A program made the position numbers and the translations under genes. From the NCBI GenBank assembly GCA_004764695.1, contig SMSO01000037.1, positions 906,747 through 970,746 of the forward strand: 64,000 nt of DNA. Reading direction: 5' to 3'. The notes under the pieces were generated by a model, which was given only the letters and a program-made list of their open reading frames with translations, had not been told where the DNA came from and did not search any database. Origin of the DNA: Schizochytrium sp. TIO01. Taxonomy: Eukaryota > Protista > Bigyra: Labyrinthulomycetes. This document shows, piece after piece, positions 44,009 to 58,248 of the stretch; position 1 is the stretch's first letter; every line of letters begins with the position of its first letter.

Positions 44009-47000
44009 TGGACTGAAGAAGAAAACTTTCACTGCCAACAACTTCTCTGTCCTGCCCTCCGACGGGTCTTATGGTTTGTGGTAGGTGGGTACTAGCGGTA
44101 GTGCGAGATCGAGACCGTGGACTCCGTCATTGCGGCGATCGACAAGTGGCCCAAAGCCGATGAGAACATGGCTCGCGGCGTTACAATGGCCAGGCTTGAA
44201 GCACCAACTCCCTTGTCGAGCAGAGCTGGCAGCAGGGAGGCAGGTAGGCAGGCAGGCAGACGGGGCCTGACTCAAGCAAGGTCAAGCGGTCCGCATCCGC
44301 GGCGGTGGGCGCCCACGGGGGCGCCATGAGCGGCGAGAGCCGTGCGGAGAAGCGGTTCGTCTTTCTGGACCTAGACCCTCAAGCAGAAGCAGACAGTTCT
44401 GGCAAAGATCCAGGCAGACAACAGCGAGCAGGCAAACCTGAGGGAGCCTCAAAGCTCAGCAGCAGCATGGGCGCTGAGGAGAAGAGGGTTCCACGGCTTC
44501 GGCAGTGCGCATCATCGCCGGGCTTTCGGAAAGGGCGAATTTCCACCACCTCGAATGACGATGCTCATTCCTGCGCATTCCTGCTCAAGCGAGATCTGCC
44601 TTTGATACAGCGCGGCGGAGGAAAACATGCTCGTCGCCGCCCTCGTTGTGGTAGTTGAAGGCGTATTTGTGTGTTCGCGCGGGCACTTGCCGCTACGAAC
44701 CAGAGCGAACTGGCTGGATCGGGCCACCATCGGTGCTTTTTGTGTGTGACCTCAATGATGCCGCACTGAGCCCTCCAAGGCGTGGACCTGCCGGCAAGTA
44801 TCCGTCGATCGTCTCGGGTTGTGCTGCGGCTCCAAGAGCAGCGGGAACAACTTTTTATGGCTCTTGAGAGCCTCGGAGAGCGCCGCTCTGGACTCCGCAA
44901 CCTTAATGATGATGGTGTTTGCAGAGTCGAGTGCATCACATCTCGTTCGAGCAAAGCTTTGTAGTCGGACCATGAACATCTTGTCTTCAGTAGCCCGACC
45001 ACAAACATCTTCAATTTGGTAAGACGATAGAATGATGACGAGCCTCGTGGCAGAGTGAGGAAGCCTTGCTCGTGTCGTGGGGAAGAGAAGCGTTGATAGG
45101 GCCCGGGTATGACTAGTGCTATGAGGTCCTACTTCTAGTAGCTAGGTAGCTAGGTAGGTAGCCACTTTCCTGCTGCTTTTGATTGGACAAGACAATGAAG
45201 ATCCATGGCAGCATATTTGGGTTGCGGGACAACTCAAACTTATTCTGCGAAGCACAAGTGAGATACGTATATTTGATGCGTAGTCTTCTTATGTGAGAGA
45301 CTTGACAGAGGAGGATAACCTGTTTCTCAACACGAAACTGCAAAAAGAAACTGCAAAATAAATCTCAGTTAAATTTGTCTTTTGTCTGACAACGAACGAA
45401 ACCTGTGTTTTCCTATCTTTGTTCATCAAAGATTTCAAAGCTAGTCAAAAGCACCCGGGTGGTTCGTCTCGAACGAACGAACAGTTCCGCTATTTCCAAA
45501 ATATTACAGAAGACATTTCCACAAAGATTCGATGACGAACCTGTGTTTTTATAGGCGAAAGAACGCGGAATGCGAGCTTTTAATTTGTGATCTTTAAGAG
45601 GCACAAGCAAACTTCTGTATTGGTCGATTTCAAGCACATGAATTTGTAGCCAGAGCTCACAAGCATGGGGTGGTTTTGATTTCGGTGCAAACATACGTTT
45701 CACTCTGTGGCATACTTTATAACATATACAATAAATGGAATAGTCTTGCAAGATCCAGCCATTTAAAGGAGACTGCAATCATTCCTCTTTTCAGGATACT
45801 AGACAAGTTGTACCTAGTATCAAGCCAAGGTTCTATGACTTGAAAAAGAACCCTTTAAAATGATATCTGCAAAGATAAATGTAATGATGGCAGTTGAGAA
45901 TAAATCTCGATCCTTACTTCTTAGCATTCTTTTTTGTTGTGACAATAACTTCTCCACAGCGAGCAGAGGCAAATATGTTTTGGTCAAAATGCAACAAATT
46001 AGCCAACATGATGTGAAAGAATCAGAGCGTTGCCAGAAGTAATCTATAAAAGAGTGTTTGTACAAGCACATACACACGAGGCAGTTTTTGAAATCAATCA
46101 ATTGTTTGGGAATTTTCTTTTTGAACACCGTAGACATTTGAAGTGAGCCAATTAGATTTGTGAATTATTTTTACAATGATCCAATTTCCCTGTCAATTGT
46201 TACTAATTCATGCAAGGTTATGTTTGCTCACCGTTCTTGTTTTGAGTAAATTTTAATTATATAAAGCATCCGATTTATCGCGTGGTCTTACTCTTCCATT
46301 CAAGTGAGAAAATGTGCGCCCAGTGGATGTGGAATTTTCATGATGCGATGCTGCACGATCAAAGTTTTAAATTTACCGAGCAGATTCTGCATCAAACCTG
46401 GATGACAAATCATAAATCATGTTGTTCATAGTGCCAGAACCTAGCCTAGGTTAGTAGTGATGCGTATGTGATATAAAGAGCACGACCAGAAATTTCACAA
46501 GGCAGAACTTTGCGATAGTAAGAAGAGAACCGCATCACGACATCATTGGGTACGCTTTCCCATTGAGAAGCATCAAAGTTAGATTCCTACCGCCGAGCGA
46601 ACCGATGCAGCCACCAATGCATCAACATTTCTAACACGCTGACTGAACGATTTGGATTTCAGCCAATGGTATTGCAATAGTCCTACTTCTGTGCTCGTTG
46701 CTACAACTTGACGATTCCCGCAAAATCTGTAGACAATTCTGTGTAAATAAAGTCGAAGGGGTGCGACGAAACAGAGCGTTTGCTGGCAGATAAAATCAAA
46801 TGGAAATGTTTTGCTAGGTAGCTTGTTTTAATCGTTTCTGAAACTAATCATATGCGTCGCTTGTGAAAAGGCAAGGTCGAGCCAAGTGTAGATCACTTTT
46901 GTTAAAGAGAGGGCTGGTGGGCCAGTAGAGGTGAAAGAGGGATGTTAGTAAGATCTCTAACAGAGGGACTGGTGCTTTTTTCGGAGGGGTGGGGGGTAGT

Positions 47001-48891
47001 GACGATGACGACGAGCTAATTGAAGTTTCCTCAACATATGGAGCAGTGAATAAGATCTGTTAGCCTGGTCATACAAAATCAAGGCAACATATAGTACAGG
47101 ATTTGCATAATCTGATGATGACGCTCGTGGATGCAATTTACGATTTGATGCACACATCACACGTTCCCTGTCTCTAGGCTTTAAATCGCGAAACAGGATT
47201 TCACGTGTATCGCATTAATTTGCATGCGTCCATCGCCACATTTCTCCGTTCCCAGCGAAGAAAGTGCCTCAAAGCACCAAGACAGTTACGATTCGCGGGC
47301 AAGGCTAAATTCGCGCGCATAAACCCCCGGCATGGAGATGAGAGACGAGGCTTGCGAGACTCGACTTGCTTCACTACTGCGCCTTCTTAGACCTGCCATA
47401 GTCTAGAGATTTCGAGGTACTGGCTAATGAACACGACAAATCTGCAATTCGAGAGATCAAGCAAGACAAAAGAAACATTGTCGCCCTTGAGTTCCAAATG
47501 CTGTACCTAGGCATGCCATGTATGCCCCAGTAATTTCCACCAAATTCACCCATGTGATTTGGAGCTTCGGAAACAAGTCGGTGGTTTGCGTGCTGTGTTT
47601 TGCTCACAGCGGCGAGCAGGATTTGGAAAGAGGCCTCGCTTTTCACCGCGAAGAGCCTGACTTTCGTAACTAGGTAGGTAGTGCACAACGCAGACACGGA
47701 GGAAGTTCAATTTCAAGTTGGAATGTCAACACAAGTTGCAGTAGCATACACGTCATTATAGCAGCATTAGTTACCTAGCTAGGTACTTTGATAGATAGGT
47801 ATCATGAATGATGGGCTTTCATCATCACCCCTCAATATCGCCTGCCACATCAACTGGAGGTCTCTACTAGATGCGAGCAATTGCACCCATTAATTAGTGA
47901 TCTACTCGTGATGTTACTCAAGGGCAACCTGCTCACCAGCTAGCTAGCCAGGTACCTGGGTAAATCCAGGATCAATATCAATTGTCATCTAAGGGAAGCT
48001 TGGCTTCTGGCAATGGAGTCGTAGTTCCATAGCAAGGTCTCTGCGAAGGTGACTCTGACCGTCGAGAGTTTGACCTTTTCAGGAGAGAATCGAAGAAAGA
48101 ACTTTTTACAGGTCTACTGCTATTACCTAATACTTGCTACCTGCTACCTACTACCTACTACCTGCTACGCTCCGTGCACTGTGGTGAGGTGTGGAAATGT
48201 TTTATCTCATTGCAATGCCTCCAGAGGGATTTTATGAAGATACCAACAAAATTTTCAAGGAGAGCCTTCTTTGATTGATGTACGCAGCTGAGGAAGCTCC
48301 TTCCGCCAATGGTTTATTTTCTAGCCAATAATATCGTAGTTTGCATGCTCTTTAGAAGCCTGGTTTTGCAGTGCCTCGTTGTAACATCGATTATAATCAT
48401 AAAGTTTCGAAGCAAAATGCCAACTCCGCAGAATAAACTTTAAAGAAAAGAAAAGAAACCCAAGCACACTTTTACTCCTTTAATTAGTTTTCAACATTAA
48501 TTTTCAATATTTTTTTTAAAGAAAAGTTTTTAATTAACATAGCACTTATGAAATGAAATGAAACCAATTCAATTCAATTCGAAGCTCAACAGGTTCGATT
48601 GCAATTGGTTGAATTGATTGTGCATCGCCTCGATCTCTCGAGCTGAAAGCCCATCAACCAACGCCTACTTAACTTCCCTGGCAAGAGAAGCCAAGGCGGC
48701 GGTGCACTTGTAAATAAATTTAATATTTATGTTTATTATTAAAGTCAACCTAATCAAAAGTTTCCCTCAAAAACTACTACATTTACCTTTTGGCTTTCGA
48801 AAAGGCATTCGAAACAACTTCAAGAACTTGAGTCTTTTCAAAGATACCCTCTGCTACCCCTATCGACAGGTTGTTGTCTGTCACGAAGAGC

Positions 48892-48920
48892 GAAGAAGAA
48901 GAAGAAGAAGAAGAAGAAGA
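48892..48920. repeat. (GAA)n microsatellite
   Basis: Direct read of ~10 GAA units. Confidence 0.9.
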
Positions 48921-50398
48921 TCTTCGAAGAAGTTAGTCTTTTCAAGAGAATCGCAATAACATCCCCAAAACTCAAAAGAAAAAAACTACATCCCATTCCA
49001 GAGCGGACCACGGAAAGTAATTAAGTGAAGAAGTGTAGAAGTCGATGAGGGCTGACGCCGACCACGTGGTCTTCCACGATGAAAATGAATTGGACAGCCA
49101 AATAGGTAGGTAGGTACAGCGTTTATTCAAGTCCAAGATGTTCGTAGGCCGCTCAGTTTCTTCATGTTGAATCACTGTATCGAGGTAGGTACCTTCTGCT
49201 TATTCCCTCGTTTTGTCTTTCTTGTTGCAGCAGGGTAGGTAATAGACGGAAGCAAGGAAGGAAGCTTGGCTAATCAGTGTAATTGATAGCGCCATCGCAA
49301 TCCTTCGCATCGTTCATCGCGTCCATCGTTGCTGGTCTTCTTGAATCACAGCCGACGAACCTGACGACAGATGAATCCGTACCAAAGTGCTATGCTCAGG
49401 GAGACTAGCTCCCTGCGATGAACCTCTCTCTCTGTGTCGCCGAACAAGTCTTGGTGGTGAATTAATTGTCGATCGAGGTTTTGAGAACCAGGGTTCGAAG
49501 AACTGACGTACTGCTGCAGTAGTCCTATCTTGCCTGCGAGAGGGCGAGCGAGTTCTCTGCAATTCTGATGTTTCTTACGAAGGAATCGTGCTCGACGCTG
49601 GATTTATTTACATGGCGAGCTCCCTGCTGAAGACAGGCTGGACACCGCTAGGTATCGATTGATTGCTTCACGAGCAGATGGGCTTTGACGAGACGACTCG
49701 CTCTTCGAGTCCGTGTTGAGTGTCGAGCAACAAATGGTGTCGGAGCACGAGCTTGACGATCGCAGCTCGACGGAGGAGGTTGCTCTTGGAGATCAACCGT
49801 TGCCAGGCACCAGTTTAGTTTGTTAGTCTCTCGTGTTGATCGGTTGATCGGTTGATCGGTTGATCGATGATCGATGATCGATTCCCAAGTGCGCTCTGAA
49901 CACGCTGCTCGTCACTCCGAGCGATCGATCAGCGTGTGAATGGGCGAATGAATATGTGTCTCGTATCGATGTGAATGTGCGACCTATTCGTCGATTCATA
50001 TCCTTCGTTCACTGCCAACCCATTCGTCCTTTCTTCGCGCTCTGTTGCGCCTTCTTCGCCAAACGTAGGACTGCCTTTGATCTGCAGTTGGAGTATGTAG
50101 TCTGTCGCTGTCGTCTCCGACACCGACGATGGCACACACGGCTCGAGCTTCGTCTCAGCAGCAGCAGCAGCAGCAGGTCCTGATGTGCACGACACTCAGG
50201 TGGGATCTCTCCAGGCTGCTGCAGGCTCAGACAGTTTGTCCGAACTCATGGCGTAGCGCCACCGTCGCCGTCGCCGCTGCCTTGAAAGCTCCTCTTGCGC
50301 GCTCGCCTCTTCTTTCGTTATGGGCGTCGATGCGATCGTGAGGTTCTGAGGACCATGAGCTCGAGCGGGTACGCGAATGGCATACGTGTGCACAGGAG

Positions 50399-50449
50399 AA
50401 GAAGAAGATGAAGATGAAGGTGAAGATGAAGATGAAGATGAAGATGAAA
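50399..50449. repeat. (GAAGAT)n purine-rich repeat
   Basis: gaagaagatgaagatgaaggtgaagatgaagatgaagatgaagatgaa; it would encode poly-ED but is not in a long ATG ORF. Confidence 0.85.
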
Positions 50450-53400
50450 ACGGTGGTGAAGGGAAAGAAAGCCTGGAAACCTCGATGATCCGATGTTTTG
50501 TGTGATTCATCGAAGATTTCGTGTGGTTCTTTTTGTGTGGACAATTTTATTTGCTATTTTTCATTTTCTTATATATGTATATATATATTATTTTATTTTA
50601 AACATTAAAGATAAATAAACTAAAAAACGAAGTTACTGGGTAAATGAAATTGCATTCCCCGTGTGAACTTGTGGTTTTCGAACTTGCATGGAGAGATTGG
50701 CAAGCAAAAGCACAGGCACTCAGGCAAGGTGAAATCTTGGCACGAGCTTTGCAAACGACCTGGTGTCTGTACGCATGTGTGTCAAGACGATCCGTAATCT
50801 GAGAACTCCAAGGAATGGCAAGCAGTGTTGTTTAACCTTTCAACTTTCCATTCCGAAAACTTTTCTTTAGAGTTTACTATGATTTGTTATATATATATTT
50901 TTTAATAATTTTTTTTAAAAATAAATCTAAATGAAAAACTGTATAATTAAATAAACAAAATAAAATAATGGAGCCGCAATTATTGACTCAATCGCTGTAA
51001 AATATTTACAATTGAGGGTGAAGTACGTTATTGCACCCCTCACCAAGCAGGAGATATGGCAGAAGCGGTCCGGACGTGAGAACCAGCATCTAAAGGCTCC
51101 GAATCCTCAACGCAATGGGCTCTCCGGCCCTGCTTCTGAAGGTACAGTTCGCTCTAAAGGCAGGTGAACCTTCAAGTTTCCTCCCTTTTTCCTCATCGCT
51201 TTCCGTGGTCTTTCGCCTCCCACAGCTTCAGGTGCGGGTTCCTTCAGTTCCCCACAGAGAACCCGTGGTTCTTGAAGGCCACCTTCGAGGGTCTTGAGCA
51301 GCACCGCCACCAGCATAGCGGAGGAGCCTCGAGAGCGCCAAGCGCAGCCGCTTTGGAGATTCCCGCGACGCCGCGCGAAGGCTCACATGCGCGATGACGA
51401 CGACCAAAACCCCCGTCACCAGGATCTCAAGCTCTTCTATCAACAGCACTGAAGAAGAACCCCATTTCATTCATTTCTTATTAATTTGTTCGTCGATAAA
51501 TAATTTGAGGAAAGAAAAAGAATCGAAAGAAAGAGGCAAAAAATGATGATGAATTCATTTCTTTCTTTCTTTCTTTTGGTCGATCTGTCGAAATCATTGA
51601 AAGTTTAGGTAGACTTCGAGCGAGATCGGCGAGCGAGCAGACAAGCAAACCTCCAATAGAACTCCTGCTCTTCGATTGGCACCAGGAGACATAGGCAGCA
51701 AGACAACCACATCCAGCTCGACGCCCGAGTGCCTGAGAAGTCGAGTCATTAGCATCCAATACCCATAGGTATCCATCCATTCATCCGTACATTTATTTCT
51801 CCATCTATACAATCGACTGATTGAGTCGAGTCACTCATTGAGTTGGCTGATTAGAGCGTAGGTATATATATACCTACATCCCTGGTGGATTCTTGGCCTC
51901 GCGTGGTCGTCGTAATCTACCGGCGGGCCGCCCGCGATCGCGTGAACTTCAAGGCCTCTTCACCGACAAATCACCTTGCTCGCGGTGCTCGTGGCCATCA
52001 ACTACATTGATTCGTACACTCTACTCACTGCTGCTCTGCTTGGACTTCTACCATCTGCGTGCTTTGTTTTACAAGACGCCCTCATTCTACCTTTCCCTCT
52101 CGTATTGGTTCCATCTCCATCGCCAAAGCCACCGTGGACTGCGCCATTCATTCACGCATTCGCTGCTGTGAGTGAGTGAGTGAGTGAGTCTTTGGCGCCA
52201 TCGTCGAGAACTCCTTCGGCTGCCGCAGAAAGCTCGCAGGCGAGGCAAGAATTTGCTCGATAAGCCACATTCAGAGCTCTCGAAACATTTGCAATCAACT
52301 TCGACCTCCTCGCGGTAATTTGCATTGAAAATCCGCCAATTTAATTTGCCTCCTTGCAAGTAACATTCTCAGGTTCTGCGGTCGATCGATTCCTCGGCAG
52401 CAAACCCCAAATCGCTGCAAAGAACCCTGCTGCCAATCACCGGCCCCGCAACGCAAGCCCGCCGAGCAGACTTCGCCAGCGGTTTCTTCACTCACGTTGA
52501 CCCCGGCTGCTCTCTGCGAAAGCCACACGAACCTCTGGTGCTGTCTTCGCCGGCTGAGGGACCTCTCATCAGGCAGCACAGATCGACACTGATCGACCGA
52601 CCGAGGCCTCCTGACCAGGACCGCGACACTACAACCGCTTGAGCTGCTACCGCATCTGCAGCTCCCACTGCCGCTGCTGCTGCTGCTGCTGCTGCTGCTG
52701 TTCCTGCCAGGGTGTGAGCCGTCGGCAGAATCCATTCGCAGGCAGCAGACACCGGAGACCAGGCCCTCGACCACGATTGTCTCGAGGAGCATTGCAAAAA
52801 GCGCAATTGATTAATTAGAAAGAATTCGTGAAGCGGCGAGAAGTCTCTTAATATTTGTCAGACGCTCCAGAGAAGGTCATCGCCGAGATCCACATCGGGA
52901 ATCGCAGCAATAGCAACATCGACAATAGCGCAAGTGGCGGAGTTCATTTGGGGCAGACCAAAAGCTAGCGAGCGTAGTTGTAGGGAGCTTGGTCCGTGTT
53001 TCGTTTCATTGCGTAGGACTGACTGGTCGGAGATCTTCATAGTCTTACCCGGCGGGAGGCTACATCTTCTGCTGCCATCTTCTCCGCGTCAAGGCTTTTC
53101 GAGGAGAGGCGACGATCGAAGCACTGCATTTGCGCGTATCAATCAAACTAAGTGAGCTAGCTGATAAACGCGGACAAAGAGCTCCACACAAGGTTCTCTG
53201 TTCGTGTCTGCCTGCAACTAATTAGCTGCTGTCTAAGCAGCCAGAGCAGGTCAACGGCCTAGGGAACGGCGGGAGCGGCAAGAACCAGCAGGAGTGGACT
53301 CCGCTAGAGCCTATCTCCGGCGCCAGAGGCTTGCTGTCGATCGCATTCCACCTTTCCTGCATAACGAGCGAACTTGCCACCGGCAAAGCTTGACTTTCGC

Positions 53401-54185
53401 AACGACGTCCTGCTGCTGGCTGTCCACTGCTACGCCAACATCAGACACAGAGAGCTCCTTCATCACTAGCCGCACTGCTGCCATTGTTGTCGTTGTCGCT
53501 GTCGCTGTCGTCGCCGTGGACTCCTGCTCCCTGCGCTCCCCCGTAACCCCCTAAACAGCATCGTGGACTCTCTCACATTTCGTACGAAGAGTCATCAGCA
53601 GGTGCGCTAGGTTGGTCCTAGTGTAAAGGATAGGAGGCGGCGCCTCGTCGGTTTGCCGGGAACCAAGTCGAGTGAAGGAGTGCGAACTCGAGCACGGCAG
53701 AGACATACATTCATTCATTCGGGCGAGAGTTTCGAAGAGCTTGTGGCACTCGACAGACACGATCGATCGAGTGGCCTTTCGAGCTGACATTGGATATTGA
53801 ACTCGCGAGCGAGCTGCTGCGGTTGACGGCGAATATCAGGGTCTCTGCATTTGTGAGAGCAGAAGCCAGAGAAATTGGAGAAGACTGGCTGCTGCTGCCT
53901 GCTTATTTGGACGGGATTTACAGGTAAGCGCCGTTGTTAGTGCGGCCAGTTTGTTTGTAAGCTGATCGGGGTCGAAGGTTTTGCTGGCTGTGAAGTCGCG
54001 AGGAGCTCTTCCCGATTGGAGACGTTAAAGAGCGAGAGGGACGTAACGTTGCTCCATCAGAGTTGGTTGTTGCACCACGGCGCGGCCAAATACTTACTCC
54101 CTTCTTGGACGTTGCGGGTTAAAGGAAAGTGGTGAGTGAGTTGAGTGCTTTGATTATTTCTTTTCTGCTCTGTTCTATTCTCCGT

Positions 54186-54248
54186 TTCTCTCTCTCTCTC
54201 TTCCTTTTCTTTTCTTTTCTTTTTCTTTTTCTTTCTTTTATTGGCTGT

Positions 54249-54285
<37 letters not shown>

Positions 54286-54320
54286 GTGTGTCTTTTCTTT
54301 TTCTTTTTCTCTCTGTCTCT
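54186..54320. repeat. (CT)n / polypyrimidine tract
   Basis: Two (CT)n runs and T-rich tracts, downstream of a CAG|GTAAGC donor at 53924, so plausibly inside a 5'UTR intron. Confidence 0.85.
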
Positions 54321-54959
54321 GACTCCGTTGGAAGAGGTGTCTTCTCTGTTGCGTTGTTGTTCCACTACATTGCTTCTGAAGAGATAACAATCGAGCGAAG
54401 GTGGCGCACAGACATACATACGTACGTACGTACGCGTAGTAGGGATTTTGGAAAACGCTGACGAGGCGGAGGAAGATTAGTAGAGAACAGCGCTACTCCT
54501 ACTTCCCAGCGAGGTACAATCTGGCCACCCGACCATCTCCCTGAGGCCTGCCTGCCTGCTACGGGACCTAGGACTTGCGTAAGCCAAGAGTGTAGCTGTG
54601 CTACGAGAGCATTCCTTCCCACGAGTAGTACTTACGCATCATCGTCACTCTCTCATTCAATCCATTCTCGCCTACTAGGCAGATCATAGCCAGACTTATA
54701 TACAGGTGTAGAATAGATTAACTGTTCTGTGAGAGGCGAGACGAATTCGCTCCGTAGTAAGTCAGCAAACCTGGAACCTCGGTCGGTACTTTGTTGTAAT
54801 CAACAAAAGTAGGAGACCAAGCAGAGAAATATTGCAGGCGAGGTCATCTCGTTTACATTGCAAGGCAAATCTTTCGAAGCGAGCGGAGCTACGATTGCAA
54901 AAGCAGGTACAGCGAAGGAAAGCGTTATAAATTTCCAAAGGCGACAAGAAATCTTGAGA

Positions 54960-55454
54960 ATGGCGGCATCCAACTTTCGCGAGCTCGATGCGATTATTGT
55001 AGTCCTTACTGAAGAAGAGGCTGTGCTCTCACCGGAAGAATCATGGTCACCAGGACACGCAGAGCGCCTGGTCATGTTTGCAACTATTATGCAACGGGAA
55101 ATCCTCAGCAGATATGGAGCGCATTGGCCTATTAGCAAGCAGGGCGCGTCTGATCGTTCCCGTATTGACCTTCGCATCAACCGAAATGGCAGCTGCGGAC
55201 CTGATGGTTATATTCTTGAAGTGAAAAATGATCTTCCAGACGGCCTCCTGCACATTTCCCTGACAGCAGGCTCAGAGCGTGCTATGCTCACGGCCATTTA
55301 TAGATTCATTCGTGACTTGCGCATTGCCAAGCGTAGAATTTTTTTCCCGGCGGATGCACGACGAATCTCAGTCTCAGCTGTAAGCTCTGCCCGCCAGTGG
55401 TCTCGAGAGCGCCTGCAGAGGGGCACGCCAGTACCACCACCACTGGTTTTGTAA
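54960..55454 (+). CDS. Stand-alone GH20/GH67-type N-terminal (beta-hexosaminidase domain 2-like) domain protein, related to the N-terminus of 58249-61191
   Basis: 164 aa from ATG 54960. NFRELD / FATIMQREILSRYGAHW / DGYILEV / ISLTAGSERAMLTAIYRFIRDLRI align by eye with NWRKLD / YAEILCNEVKRRCRVKW / EGYAIST / VFICANRDRGLLYGVGRFMREMRM of the downstream gene. Confidence 0.75.
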   Translation: MAASNFRELDAIIVVLTEEEAVLSPEESWSPGHAERLVMFATIMQREILSRYGAHWPISKQGASDRSRIDLRINRNGSCGPDGYILEVKNDLPDGLLHISLTAGSERAMLTAIYRFIRDLRIAKRRIFFPADARRISVSAVSSARQWSRERLQRGTPVPPPLVL

Positions 55455-58248
55455 TCACAACGAGGCCTGTTCCCGACGCTGGAAGAACGATTTGCGTGCC
55501 TCTGCAGGGGTTACGATGGCAACGCAAACCCAGACTTTCTTCTTAGATAATACTCTTTCTGTTTTCTGTCACATTTCTTTCAAGCGGTGTCAACAAGATT
55601 GTAAAATACTATAAGTGATGATCATAAACACCAAAAAGCTATCTACTCATGGGCTTTTATTAAAACAAAAATTAATACGCGGACGGGAAAAGTTTGGCAC
55701 CATCTACTCTCTATCACAACCAAGAAAGTACTACAAGTTCCGCCTCGCAGTTGAAATCAAATTAGTGAGTGGCAAATATTCAAGCCTCTCAGGAATCGCA
55801 TATAAATGTTTCTCGAATAACATGATGTGCTGCAAGATTGTAAATAAAATGAGTACACTGTTTATCAGTTTATCATTGCATCAAACACGTTTCCCAGAGT
55901 ATCTTCTGATTGACCTTAAATCTGAATTCAAGACAACAGCTAACCTTTTGTTTTAAAGAGGTACAATGTACCAAGTCTTGCCATAGTTCCGCTTTTCCCA
56001 ATCTCACATTTATGTGACCAATTTCCAATTTTGGCAAACCTTGAGATTAGATTCAATAAAGTTCATCGAAATTATTATCTGTCTAACTTCTTCCGTTCAA
56101 ATTTATTCTTTTGGGCTGTCCTTTGTCACATTTAATCAAGCCCCATCGTTGCTCTGATTGCTACGTAATCTGTCAGCTTCTAAGTTGTAAGGATGTGTTT
56201 TCCTGCAGAAGTCTCACACCATTGCGTAAGCGCTTTATAGTCTTCCGATGAGTAGGCCAGCTATTTGATAACGGTCGAGGTGTATAATCACTGCAGCAGC
56301 AGCATGGCCTCAACTGAGTGAGACATTCCATGGGAAATTTCTTCAGGTCCGCACCCCCAAGTGAAACTCCAGCCGTGACCTTCGAACACTTACACGAAAG
56401 CCTTTCCTTCAAGAGTGTAACGATATCAAAGCCACAGCCTATGCAGCTTTATAAGCACACTTTCCTCGACGTTAGGATATCGTCTCAAGCAAGGCCATGC
56501 CATGCATGTGCACATGTCTAAACACAGCGTGGGGGTTACAACGATCTACAATGCAGCACAGCAGTTAGCGGCATGCATGCACACCGATATCAATTGTTCA
56601 CCCGCCACACCGGTCGCCTCTGCCAAGGCAGCGACCACAGCTTTAATATGGACGAGAGTTGTATAATGGCATTTTCACCTGCCATATGAATTGGCCCGTG
56701 GACTTGTGGAGCTCATGCAAAGCTACCGTAACGTAATTTATCGACTTCCGCTCGAGAGCTGGATCACTCCATGTCCTGGTCGCCGACATTCTTTCTCTTA
56801 CCTCTGGTCATCACTTAGAAGGTACTTGCTAACTATATGAGGTAGTTTTAGCAATACTTTTTCGTTTTCTTTTTCTTTTTCTCTTTTTTGCTTTATGATC
56901 ACTAAGAATTACTGGACAGAGAAGTTCCTGAGTAGTGCATTTGTTTGGGTCCATGTTTCGCCGGCGCCACGGCAGCCAGAAAGCTCTCTTGCTCCTCCTT
57001 GTAAGCTTGTATTTTAACCTACTCTGGTACCTGGCTCTCGAGCAACTCTCCACCGTGATTTATCTCTGTGCGCTTCTGTAGCGTTAATTGAACTTGCTTG
57101 TGTCTAAAACTATCGAACTACTACTTATCATATTTTTAGTTTTGATTATTTTTTAAAAAAATTAAAAGTTTTTAATTTAAAAAAATAAAAAAAGTACTAG
57201 CACTATATCAGTTATACATAAATACTACTACACTATGTTAAAATCATAAATTAAATCATAAGTTATAAGAAATTTATTTCATATTGTTTTATTAGTTGTT
57301 GCGTTCCACGAATAGTTTGCCGGACAGAAGCACAGAGCTAACAACGAAGCAATGAACTAAAAGCAGAAGCATGTCCTCTGCCGACCTCCTTTAAACAGCT
57401 GCCGCTCAGCACCACCAATCGCCTGGTCCTCTAGCAACGAAAGGTCGCAGAAGCGCTCGCTTCTTTACAATTAAAAAAGAACGCATGCTTATACACATTA
57501 TCTATCCTGTAGAACCGCCATGCTGGGCCACCCTATGGAGCACCCGTTGACCATCCATCGTCCACCGCCTTGTCCAAGTCCATCCATCCAGTTGCGATTC
57601 TGTGTTCAACGGCCCTAAGAGCACTCCAGCGCGACTCGCAAGGCGTCTTGGACGTCGTGGCCAGCGTTGGCAACGCTGGCTTCGGCTTGGGTATTGACCT
57701 CGAGGTGGACTGTGCTCGTTGACTGAAGGCATTGAGAAGCGCAGGAGACGATTCACGCGGGTTCCTGGTTCTTGGAGCTCACGAACCCTCTTGGAGTAGA
57801 ACCCCACGATTCGAGTGCGATTAGAACAACGACGGGCGCTCCCCCAACCAGCGAGTTCCGTGATATCGTGTCGCGGAAACATCTCGCTCTTGAGAAACAC
57901 CAACGGACTGAGACGCGGAAAAGGCAAACTGTTTTTTTACACTTGGATTGTCCTGAAAACAACGGCGAGAATCAGCAATTCTGAAACGCTGTTGCGTAGG
58001 GTGCAGGGGCCACAGCGATTGCTCCGCGAGGAAATATTAGTGAGTGTTTGAATCACAAGTCCAGGTTTGGGTAAAGAGGATTTGGACGAGCTGGAACTTT
58101 TTCCAAGAAAGTTCTTTCGTGAGAGCTATCTTCGTTTGTCTTATCGGAGTTGTACTTCAACTTAGAGACGAATAGCGGCGATCTCCTGCGTCGGCATTCG
58201 TGAGAGATAGAATCATAGCGAAGAGGTTGTGAAAAAGTCCAGGATATC

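Noticed and set aside
43574-44041. ORFs with CIALH/MQCNA repeats
   Set aside because: Translations of the (AATGC)n/(GCATT)n microsatellites.
57660-57680. Perfect 10-bp inverted repeat GCCAGCGTTG-G-CAACGCTGGC
   Set aside because: Isolated, with no second copy, U-tract or element boundary; could be chance in 64 kb.
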